A stretch of 64,000 nucleotides of DNA from Phyllobates terribilis. Lineage: Eukaryota. The notes beneath the pieces are model-generated. The model saw only the letters and a program-made list of their open reading frames with translations. It did no database searches and was not told the DNA's origin. The stretch is taken from contig NW_027362772.1 of assembly GCF_046119375.1 (NCBI RefSeq), positions 229,648,001 through 229,712,000 of the forward strand, in the 5' to 3' direction. This document shows, in pieces, positions 1-12,500 of this stretch. Position 1 is the first letter of the stretch; every line of letters begins with the position of its first letter. The translations under genes and the position numbers were made by a program.

Positions 1-1254
1 GTCTGTTCAAAAACTGCTGAAACTCGGAACTTTTTTTGCATGCAAGAAAAATCACTGAGACTCAAGGGTGAAACCTATGACAGAGGGAGAAATATGTGGC
101 ATGATCACATAACACATGGGGATTTACCGCCATATCCCGAATATAAACTTTCATATATAAAGTTACCCATCTCAACGTCTATATCCAGTCTTAGTAAATA
201 GTTCCATCTGTTGTGTTATTCTCTATGGTAAAACCTATTTTGCACAACATATAGAACGACGTGAACAAAGACTTCCACTTTGTAAAATTACAAGTGGCTT
301 TTCATTTACCGGGAGAACATCAGCTGCACATGGGCCGTAATAACTAGTTTTGTATTTAGAGCAGCAATGGCTCCTCACCGCAGCTTGTGCTCTTTATAAT
401 TTACAAGAAGTTAGAGAAGTGGTTTCGTGACTGTCATTTTCTGCCTGGCTCAGCAACATGTATTTTAGGAACCTTGCAGAGAATATTCCTTTTATTGCAA
501 AAGACCAGCGTGTCCTCAAAAACCTCCCTCCGGAAAGAGCTCGAAAAGGATATATATATAAGATGTATGCAATGTATATATCGCATAATTAAATTATGTG
601 CAGCCATCCTGTTTTGCATCTGTGTTGAAAATTCTCTTAAAGTGGACTCTCCGCTCTCTTGTCTTATTTAGTGAATACCTGTGTTCCCATGAAATGGTTG
701 TGCTCAGGGCTGAGGAGTCAGAGCCGGACTGCTGTGTGTCGCTGATGATAAGAGATGAAAAATGTGCATGTACCGTATATTTTATTCTATTGTATTATCG
801 ATGCAAACAAAGACCCGAGTGATGTAGAAATGTCCTCCATCGAGCATCCAGTATCTCACATGCCAATATTGATCTCCTCTACTTTGTGACCTTTGAGAAC
901 ATAAAAAGGTTTTACTGTGAGACTCATCAGGTGTCACTTCTGACCTTTTACCAATCTGCAGCAAGAAGATAATTCCCATCGTAATAGAGTAACAACGAGG
1001 ACTTTTTCTGTCATGATTTAGTGTCAAATATGGGACACATGTCTACAATTAATTACATGGGACTGCCAACTGCCATTTGTGGTCATCTTCTAACCTGCAT
1101 GATATAAAGAAGTAGCTATGAATTCATCTATGGTGATCAGCCTTAGCAGTAGGGGGACCTCTGGCTCTAATGCCTGGGTGCAAGGAGCTTAAACCTCTAA
1201 TGCCTGGGTGCAAGGAGCTTAAACCTCTAATATCAAGCTTCTCAGCAGAGGAAA

Positions 1255-1461
1255 NNNNNNNNNNNNNNNNNNNNNNNNNNNNNNNNNNNNNNNNNNNNNN
1301 NNNNNNNNNNNNNNNNNNNNNNNNNNNNNNNNNNNNNNNNNNNNNNNNNNNNNNNNNNNNNNNNNNNNNNNNNNNNNNNNNNNNNNNNNNNNNNNNNNNN
1401 NNNNNNNNNNNNNNNNNNNNNNNNNNNNNNNNNNNNNNNNNNNNNNNNNNNNNNNNNNNNN
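1255..1461. other. Assembly gap (207 N)
   Basis: Run of N, followed directly by a TATC microsatellite. Confidence 1.
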
Positions 1462-1503
1462 TATTTATTATCTATCTATCATCTATCTATTCATCTATCT
1501 ATT

Positions 1504-1536
<33 letters not shown>

Positions 1537-1576
1537 GTCATATCTAACTATCTATCTATGATCTCCTATCTATCTA
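1462..1576. repeat. (TATC)n microsatellite, left part (right part at 3214-3250)
   Basis: Imperfect TATC tetramer array on both sides of the Tc1 insertion. Confidence 0.9.
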
Positions 1577-3213
<1,637 letters not shown>

Positions 3214-3325
3214 TATCTATCTGTCTATCTATCTATCTATCTATCTATCTCATATGGCTCCTTGTCCCTTATGACTGTATTCTGCATAGTCATCTCTGAT
3301 GGTCTCCTCCTTGCTTTTCCCTCAG

Positions 3326-3455
3326 GTATGTCACCACGCGGACTGCCAGCAGATGAATCAGAAAAATCCTTTAAATTTGTGTGAATCTTGTGACATCAAG
3401 TTCCACAGCACCATGCACTTTGATAGACATATACGCTTTGACCTCCCCCCTCAAG
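3326..3455 (+). CDS. plekhg5: PLEKHG5 coding exon A (VCHHADCQQMNQKNPLNLCESCDIKFHSTMHFDRHIRFDLPPQ-G)
   Basis: Peptide closely matches my recollection of the mammalian PLEKHG5 N-terminus (VCHHADCQQ...LNLCEACDSKFHSTMHYDGHVRFDLPPQG). Acceptor ttttccctcAG at 3324-3325, donor GTAAG at 3456. 130 nt, ends in phase 1. The Met at 3413 corresponds to the start of the shorter mammalian isoform. Confidence 0.93.
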
Positions 3456-3548
3456 GTAAGCTCCTCATTGTAATTGATATACTTCCTTGCAGGCCATTTG
3501 ACAGCTCTGATATGGGGTCTTCTTGTGCTCTAGGACATTATATCATCA

Positions 3549-6040
3549 CTACACTGTGTTCCAAATTATTATGCAAATAATATTTTCTCAGATTTTCCCA
3601 AATTACCTATATGAATTGCAGTCATTGTAATTTTCCAGACAAATAACTATTAGAGTACAATTGAAAGGTTTTTGTACAAACTGCCTATGATAACAGTATA
3701 TTTTTAAAAAAATAAAAAACTCAAACTGCACTCAAAATGCATGTTCCAAATTATTATGCACAGCAGAGTTTTCAACCTTTTCATTTTCATAAAGAACAAA
3801 AAATGGTCATTTTTGAAATTATAAGCATTAGCAGGTTATTACAAACTGAAATCAAACAGTTTTCAACTCCAAACTTTATTCTAGGTGATGTTACATTTGC
3901 ACATAGGACCGCTTGTTCGAAAGGAGCTTCTGAACTCTCTCGTCCATTGAATTTGTCAGGTTTTGGATGGTTTCTGCTTCAATTGTTTTGCATGAGGACA
4001 GAATACCCTCCCAGAGCTGTTGCTTAGATGTGAACTGCCTCCCGCCATCATAGACACTCCTTTTGATGATGCTCCAGAGGTTCTCAATGGGGTTGAGGTC
4101 AGGGGAGCATGGGTGCCACACCATAAGTTTGTCCCCTTTTATGCCCACAGCAGCCAGAGATGCAGATGTGTTATGTGCAGCATGAGACGGGGCATTATCA
4201 TGCATGAAATGATCTTGCTGCGGAATGCACGGTTCTTCTTCTTGAACCATGGAAGGAAGTGCTGTTTGAGAAACTCAACATACATTATGGAGGTCATCTT
4301 TACCCCTTCAGGGATCCTAAAGGGGCCGACAATCTCTCTCCCCATGATTCCAGCCCAAAACATTACTCCACCTCCTCCTTGTTAGCGCCGTAGCCGTGTT
4401 TGCATGGGGTGTCCATCAACCAGCCATCCTCCACTCCATCCATCTGGACCATCGAGATCATTTCATGCATGATAATACCCCGTCTCATGCTGCACATAAC
4501 ACATCTGCATCTGTTTGCTATGGGCATAAAAGGGGACAAACTTATGGTGTGGCACCCATGCTCCCCTGACCTCAACCCCATTGAGAACCTCTGGAGCATC
4601 ATCAAAAGGAGTGTCTATGATGGCGGGAGGCAGTTCACATCTAAGCAACAGCTCTGGGAGGGTATTCTGTCCTCATGCAAAATAATTAAAGCAGAAACCA
4701 TCCAAAACCTGACAAATTTAATGGACAAGAGAGTTCAGAAGCTCCTTTCGAACAAGGGGTCCTATGTGCAAATGTAACATCACCTAGAATAAAGTTTTGA
4801 GTTGAAAACTGTTTGATTTCAGTTTGTAATAACCTGCTAATGCTTATAATTTCAAAAATGACCATTTTTTTGTTCTTTATTAAAATGAAAAGGTTGAAAA
4901 CTCTGCTGTGCATAATAATTTGGAACATGCATTTTGAGTGCAGTTTGAGTTTTTTATTTTTTTTAAAATATACTGTTATCATAGGCAGTTTGTACAAAAA
5001 CCTTTCAATTGTACTCTAATAGTTATTTGACTGGAAAATTACAATGACTGCAATTCATATAGGTAATTTGGGAAAATCTGAGAAAATATTATTTGCATAA
5101 TAATTTGGAACACAGTGTAGCTGGTGGCCCGATTCTAACGCATCGGGTATTCTAGAATATGTATGTGGCCGACCGGGCGCGACTAATCAGCGAAGCAGTG
5201 TTTAAATGGGTTGTGCACTACTTTAAATTAACCCCCCAATGTATCCCCCCGGGGCCCCTAATGAATTTTGTAATTACGTCATGTTGTCAATACTGCTTGT
5301 GACAACATCGCTGACCACGCACAGCTAGAAAGTAATTCCCCCGGCTGCAGCCGGCTCTTGCTTTCGCTTACATCACGACTATTTGCAGCTGCAGCCAGGG
5401 GTCTCCTGTTCCGTGTACCACGGTGAATGACGGGCTGTGGGCGGGGTTATCCCCCATCGTGTCACACCCAGCATCCACCGCGCGCTCTGTCAATGAATGC
5501 ACATGTGGTGGATGCCGGGTGTGACGGGATGGGGGATAACCCCGCCCACAGCCCATCACTCACCGTGGAACGCGAAACAGGAGACCCCTTGGCTGCAGCC
5601 GCAAATAGCGAACCGTGTTAGTGAGGACCGGGGAGCGGCGCTGCCTGTGCGGGTACTTCCGCTGCGAGCAGCCGGGAGATGACCGGCTAGCGCCGGTCAT
5701 CTCCCGGCTGCATCGCCGCTGACCTCCATGCGGCTACTGTCGGGAGATCAGCGGCTAGGGCCGCTGATCTCCTGACGGCAAGAGTGAAGGGAGGACCGGG
5801 GAGTGGCGCCGCCTAGGCTGCCGGTTGGGGTACTTCTGCTGCGAGCAGCCGGGAGATGACCGGCTAGTGCTGGTCATCTCCCGGCTGCATCGCCGCTGAC
5901 CTCTGTGCGGCAGATGAGCCGCTAACGGCCGCCATCTTGTTCTGAAATCCCGCGTCGCTGATTGGCCGTGGCCTGACCAATCAGCGACGCGGGATTTCCT
6001 GGACAGACAGACAGACGGGATAAGCCGATTATATAGTAGA
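3549..6040 (-). mobile_element. Non-autonomous Helitron-like element, interrupted in its terminal CTAG by the DD37E element
   Basis: On the minus strand it starts A|TC at 6040 and ends CTAG|T once the nested element is removed (c3549-ta...ta-g5120). Subterminal hairpin cccgat/atcggg at 5128-5147. (GACA)n tract near the 5' end at 6002-6017. No TSD. Confidence 0.7.
3552..5117. mobile_element. Palindromic (two right ends) derivative of a DD37E Tc1-like (TRT-type) transposon
   Basis: Termini cactgtgttccaaattattatgca and reverse complement with TA TSD. About 660-bp inverted arms (3552-4215 and 4452-5117), each carrying the transposase 3' end. HDN...IENLW spacing is 37 aa, and a GPDGW motif is present on the minus strand near 4400-4450. 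Confidence 0.9.
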
Positions 6041-6301
6041 TATAGAAACACCAGTGACTGGATGTCATGACTATATTATGTGATCTCACTACGCTGAGCA
6101 TTGTGGCGTGGTGATGCACTTCCAGCTCTTCAGCCTCTCACTGTATTCCCTGCCTAGCACCACCCTCCTCTGGTTGATTGACAGGTCGTTGGCTGTGATG
6201 TCCAGCAGGGAATACAGTGTGAGGCTGAGGAGCTGTAAGAGCCTCGTCACACCCCAATGCACAGCCAGACACATACTGTATATACAGAACTTCAAAACAT
6301 G

Positions 6302-7573
6302 TGACGCGCCCCCTGGGCGTGGGGTACTCGGTAGCCGGGCCGGTGGATGCTGGGAGATGTCACAGTGGCAGTGACCCGCTCCGTGACCCAGGGCGGTCAA
6401 TAAAAGGGGATAAGTGAAAAGGGGAATAAAGTTTTTATAGAGATAATGTTCATGACGCCACCTGTGGTATGCGGCTATATGGAGCCGCCTCTGCGGTACA
6501 GATCCTCTGGAGCTGATGGTGACGCAGCAGAGTTGGTTCAGCTCTCCACAGGTAGAGCTAAGCTCCAGGGCGGTGCAGTGATGGTTAATCAGGTAGATGA
6601 TGCTGTGCAGTGTAGTGCAGGTGATGGCGCAGATAATAATTCTAGGACACAGTGGGGTGCAGTCTTCAGGTTTACTCACAGTTGTCAGACTCCAGGTTCC
6701 CAGTACCAGGGTAACCTCCCACGCCGCCCGGTGTTTATCAAGGCAGGGGTTCAGCAATCTCCCAGGTGTTTCAGGAGTACATAACGGGACCCCAGTCTGT
6801 GTGCCTTCCTTGGTCGTTTTCCTGCGCTGGCTCTCACCCTCCTGCCCTGCGCCTCGCAACCAGTGTCCCAAGTCGGTAACCTCAGATTTTGGCGGCCAAC
6901 CTGCAGTCCCCTGAATCCTATGTCACTTCCTTTTTAGTGATGTAGTTGCGGTTGTGAGCAGCTGCACCCTGAAAGTACAGAAGCCTCCGGTTTCTAGCTG
7001 AGCTTTGTAATTCTCCACTAGTTTAGTGGCTGGTCCCCTTCTGCGGCCTGATCCCTCCATCTCCTGTAGATTCGGGCGCACGGGTGGCTTCCGCACTCGC
7101 CGTGTCCCTGGGATCCCCTCACTTCTGGAGCCTTCCTCTGCTCCTGTCCTCTTCCAGCCTGACCTCCTGGGCCTCTCAATCTAGGCCCGCTCCTCTCTCC
7201 TCTCCTCTGAGCAGAGCTCCTTCTGAGCTCCTGCTCCCACTCCTTCTCCCCTCAGACTGATCTCCTGTGACTGGACTCCCTCTCTCAAGATGGCTCCCCT
7301 TTTTATACTCCTACTGAAGTGCTCCCCTGTCTGCTTCCTCCGCCCACACCCACTACTTGGTTCCCCCTCACTCGGTTCCCCCCACTTCCAACCAGGGACA
7401 GGGCTCAGCATAAGTCAGTGCATCTTGTCCCACCTGCTGGTCTGGAATGGTGTAGTGTTGGATGCAGGTGTTTGGGTCCCGGGCAGTACTCCATCCTTAC
7501 CTGACAGTGAGATACAACACCTCTGGGTGAGATGCAGTATCTCTGTGGTGACTGAACCCGCAGGGGCGCCACA
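6302..7573 (-). mobile_element. Solo LTR, family X copy 1
   Basis: TG(ACG)...(CCA)CA termini, 4-bp TSD CATG (6298-6301 and 7574-7577), similar to the copies at 29422, 33131 and 55164. TATAAAA followed by GCCATCTT on the minus strand near 7290-7310 suggests minus orientation. Confidence 0.8.
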
Positions 7574-7819
7574 CATGATTTCTCACCGCTGAAGAATCGC
7601 TTTGGGTCATAAAGGGATGAACTTGCTTATCTTTGAAGGGACTATACAGTTATATAAATGGCTTAGGGACATAGACGTTTCTGTCAGGTTCCCCTTAATT
7701 GAAGCCAATGCTCTGTAGCATACTTCCCCATTCAGATTAAAGCCTAATTTCTGGCTTCTAATTTTTTAGAAGACATACCCATTATAGTCTATGGGGCTGT
7801 TCATGTGTCCATTTTTTTC

Positions 7820-8206
7820 ATAAAGAGATTGTGCATTACTTTTTCAAGGATAGGTCATCAATGTCTGATCAGCCAGGGGCCGAACACCCAGCAACCCCGC
7901 AGATCAACTGTTATCAGTGACGGCCGCTGGCCGGAAGTACTCACTTGCGCAGTTGGCCATCTTCTGGTAGTGGCCGCCGCAGGGTACTGCACATCCACCT
8001 CCTATTGATTTGAATAGGAGTAGATGTGTAGTTCCAAACCTCAGCCACTACAAGTAGACGGAGCAGCTCCGCAAGTGAGTACTTCCGGCCGCCGACATCG
8101 ATAACAGTTGATTAGAGGGGGTGCTAGGGTGTCGGCCTCTGACTGATCAGATATTGATGGCCTATCCTGAGGATAGGTCATCAACGAAAAAGTAGTGGAA
8201 ACCTCT
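7820..8206. mobile_element. Palindromic TTAA-type (T2/Kolobok-like) MITE
   Basis: Internal inverted symmetry around tattgatttgaata, right end gtggaaacctct|ttaa. Same family as 63016-63344. Confidence 0.6.
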
Positions 8207-8823
8207 TTAACCAAGTATCCGCAAGAAAGGCGACAAAGTGAAAAATTAAGCATCATTGCTGGTAGCATTTTTAGGGCAGCATTAGTTACTCACTAAGCTA
8301 TGTTACTTGTGTAATCACAGCTCATTTGCATCCATCATTATGGGCAGCTGTGTCATGTCATCCACACTGACCACCAGTCTAGGAAATACTCACTTGTGTA
8401 CATGTGTCAGTCTCTGACTACAGGATGTCATCATCATCTATCAGATCACTCCTTGCAGTTCTCACACCCTCCAATTCCCTGCAATCTCAGCATTCCCTGT
8501 TCCTCTATATGCCTTCTGTGCAGCTAAAGACACAATGTCTTTTTAATATAAGAGAGCAGTAATATAGTAGGTGCTTTCATACAGGGATTACCCAAAGAAT
8601 TATAAAACTTTCCTGACTTACACTGCACACTATCTTTGAGGGCTATGTGCAGAGTATCCAGTGTATCCGATGAGGTTTCAGTATCTTCTCTGCCTCCTGC
8701 TTGATTAAGCTGACTGAGAGTACCCTATTTCAAGCAGGAGTCTAATCAACTAATTGAAGAAGTCAGTAATCAAAAAACAGCCGGTCCTATAGTATCCGCA
8801 CTCCCGATAATAGAGAAAATCCA

Positions 8824-9385
8824 AAAAGAATAGAAGCAAATGCGGCCATATTATCATGTATAAAAATTCAATTTTATTAGGAAATAGTTAACACCGTAAA
8901 AGCATAAAGAAAATAAGAAAGTGACAATGAGTAACACATCACTCACGGAGTATAAAGTAACATAGAGAAAATAAATACACATAACTAAACTGTGAGAATA
9001 AATAGCATAAAAACTGCATGTAACCACCATAGGACAAATCATCACTGCATATAAGCTGCTGATAACATGATACTGTATGGGGAAATTTGTACTCTGCCTG
9101 TACCACCTAATACACAATTAAGGGCTGGTATATCCCTTTATGCCCCATATGCTACTGTGATGATTTGTCCTATGGTGGTTACATGCAGTTTTTTATGCTA
9201 TTTATTCTCATAGGTTAGTTATGCATATTTATTTTCCCTATGCTACTTTATTCTCTGTGAGTGATGTGTTACTCATTGTCACTTTCTCCTTTTTTGTTTC
9301 TTTATGCTTTTATGATGTTAACTATTTCCTAATAAAATTGAATTTTTACATATAATGATATGGCCGCATTTGCTTCCATTCTTTT
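8824..9385. repeat. Long imperfect inverted repeat (arms 8824-9052 and 9147-9385)
   Basis: About 230-bp AT-rich arms that are reverse complements of each other, with a 94-bp spacer. Confidence 0.85.
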
Positions 9386-9904
9386 AACATTTTCTAATTG
9401 AGGAAGTCATACGCAAATGGTAGACAGTGTAACTGCAGGATTTGGTTATTTAGAGTTACCATATAGACACGTCTATTTGAGCCTATGGGCTCTGTGAATG
9501 TACAATCGAGGCAAAACTGATACTCTGTTTATACCTGGTACAGGAGCAAAGGGATTGGATGCAGGGATTCACGGAAAATGAAAGGGAGAATCCATTTAAT
9601 GTTGAGTGACGTGTTCACACTTAGTGCAAAATGAAAAGTACAATAACCTGAGGAGGTACTGGGCACTAGGGCCAGTGTTGAAGGGGGGATGCCGATCCAG
9701 TTTAAAGCAATGATGGAGGAGGAAGTCGTCCTCTCCTATCCCATCATTCTGTCTCAGCCAAGGGGCACGATGATGTCACTTCATCACGCCACGCTGTGCC
9801 GGGTAGTGGAGCTGCAGCAGAGACACAAGATGGGCAGGAGATCAGAGCAGAGGAAACAGGGAGAGGTATTCATTTATTTATTTAAATCAGTGAGTACATT
9901 GTGG

Positions 9905-12500
9905 TGGCCATAATACTGTATGGAGGACTATGGCGTGTACAATATACTATATGTACTATATGGAGGACTATGGGGGGTGCATTATACCGTATGGAGGATT
10001 ATGGGGGGCCCATTATACTGTATGGAGGATTATGGGGTGTGCATTATACTTTATGGAGGACTGTGGGGGTGTATTATACTATATGGAGGACTATGGGGTG
10101 TGCATTATACTGTATGGAGGACTATGGAGTGCATTATACTGTATGGAGGACTATGGGGGTATATTATACTGTATGAAGGACTAAGGGGTATGCATTATAC
10201 TGTATGGAGGACAATGGGGGTATATTATACTATATGGAGGACTTTCAGGTGCATTATATTATATGGAGGACTTTGGGGTACATTATATTATATGGAGGAC
10301 TATGGAGTGCATTATACTATATGGATGACTATGGGGGAGCATTATACTGTATGGAGTACTATGGGATGCGTTATATTACAGTGGGGGAAATAAGTATTTG
10401 ATCCCTTGCTGTTTTTGTAAGTTTGTCCACTGACAAAGACATGAACAGTCTATAATTTTAAGGGTAGGTTAATTTTAACATTGAGAGATAGAATATCTCC
10501 CCAAAAAATCAAGAAAATCACATTGTATAAATTAGATAAATTGTTTTGCATTTTGCAGTGAGAAATAAGTATTTGATCCCCTACAAACCATTATGAGTTC
10601 TGGTTCCTACAGACCAGTTAGACGCTCCTAATCAACTTGTTACCTGCATTAAAGACAGCTGTCTTACATAGTTACCTGTATAAAAGACTCCTGTCCACAG
10701 ACTCAATGAATCAGTCAGACTCCAACCTCTACAACATGGGCAAGACCAAAGAGCTTTCTAAGGATGTTAGGGACAAGATCATAGAACTGCATAAAGCTGG
10801 AATGGGCTACAAAACCATAAGTAAGATGCTGGGTGAGAACGAGACAACTGTTGGTGCAATAGTAAGAAAATGGAAGAAATACAAAATGACTGTCAATCGA
10901 CATCGATCTGGGGCACCATGCAAAATCTCACATCGTGGGGTATCCTTGATCATGAGGAAGGTGAGAGATCAGCCTAAAACTACACGGGGGAACTTGTTAA
11001 TGATCTCAAGGCAGCTGGGACCACAGTCACCAAGAAAACCATTGGTAACACATTACGCCTTAAAGGTTTAAAATCCTGCAGTGCCCGCAAGGTCCCCCTG
11101 CTCAGGAAGGCACATGTGCAGGCCCGTCTGAAGCTTGCCAATGAACACCTGGATAATTCTGTGAGTTATTGGGAGAAGGTGCTGTGGTCAGATAAGACAA
11201 AAATCGAGCTCTTTGGCATTAACTCAACTCGCTGTGTTTGGAGGAAGAAGAAGGATGAGTACAACTCTAAGAACATCGTCCCAACCGTGATGCATGGTGG
11301 GGGAAACATTTTACTTTGGAGATGCTTTTCTGCAAAGGGGACATGACGACTGCACCGTACTGAAGGGAAGTTGGATGGGGTCATGAATCGCGAGATTTTG
11401 GTCAACAACCTCCTTCCCTCAGTAAGAGCATTGAAGATGGGTCGTGGCTTGGTCTTCCAGTAAGACAAGGACCCAAAATATACATCCAAGGCATCAAAGG
11501 AGTGGCTCAAAAAGAAGCACAGTAAAGTCATGGAGTGGCCTAGCCAGTCTCAAGACCTTAATCCCAAAGAAAACTTATGGAGGGAGTTGAAGCTCCGAGT
11601 TGCCAAGCGACAGCCTCAAAATCTTAATAATTTAGAGATGATCTGCAAAGAGGAGTGGACCAAAATTCCTCCTGACATGTGCGCAACCCTCATCATCAAC
11701 TACAAAAAACGTCTGACTGCTGTGCTTGCCAACAAGGGTTTTGCCACCAAGTATTAAGTGTTGTTTGCCAGAGGGATCAAATACTTATTTCTCACTGCAA
11801 AATGCAAAACAAATTATCTAATTTATACAATGTGATTTTCTTGAATTTTTTTTGGATATTCTATATCTCTCAATGTTAAAATTAACCTACCCTTAAAATT
11901 ATAGACTGTTCATGTCTTTGTCAGTGGGCAAATTTACAAAAACAGGAAGGGATCAAATACTTATTTCCCTCACTGTATATGGAGGACTATGGAGAGTGCT
12001 TTATACTATAAGGAGGACTATGGTGTGTGCATTATTCTATATGGAGGACTATGGCATGCATTATTCTATATGGAGGACTATGGGCGCATTATACTATATG
12101 GAGGACTATGGGGGGTGCATCATACTATTTGGAGGACTATGGGATGTTCATTATACTTTACTGAGGACTATGGTGGGGTGCATAATACTATATGGAAGAC
12201 TATGGGGATGGATTATACTATGTGGAAGACAATGAGGGGGCCATTATAATATTTGGAGGGCTATGTGTTGCTCATTATACTATATGGAAGGCTATGTGGG
12301 GGCCATTATACTATCTGGAGGGCTATGTGGGAGCCTTTATACTTTGGAGGGCTATGTGGGGGCCATTTATACTGTATGCAAGCAATTATACAGTGTAAAG
12401 GTTTGTGTGGGGTCCATCATACCGTGTGGGGGCCATTATACTGTTTGTAGGCTGTGTGGAGATCAATTATAATATTTGAAGGGCTGTGTGGAGTCCATTA
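9905..12500. repeat. About 29-30-bp minisatellite (tatggaggactatgg...cattatactg), split by a Tc1 at 10379-11975
   Basis: Degenerate tandem units at 9905-10378 and 11976-12500. Confidence 0.9.
10379..11975 (+). mobile_element. Tc1-family transposon, full length, defective transposase (ATG 10736, [15 protein letters not shown])
   Basis: TIR cagtgggggaaataagtatttgatccc and reverse complement, TA TSD. Transposase fragments extend to the stop at 11757, with several frameshifts and stops. Confidence 0.95.

Noticed and set aside
387-1027. Short ORFs as a possible upstream plekhg5 exon
   Set aside because: No match to the expected CQNPAC-like preceding exon peptide and no convincing splice-site pair.
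1165-1230. 30-bp direct duplication and the 125-aa ORF 1170-1547
   Set aside because: It abuts the assembly gap and the ORF runs through Ns. Likely a contig-end artefact or the edge of a collapsed repeat.
9901-10401. Overlapping ORFs in all three frames (also 11912-12472)
   Set aside because: Products of the 30-bp minisatellite with repetitive low-complexity translations.
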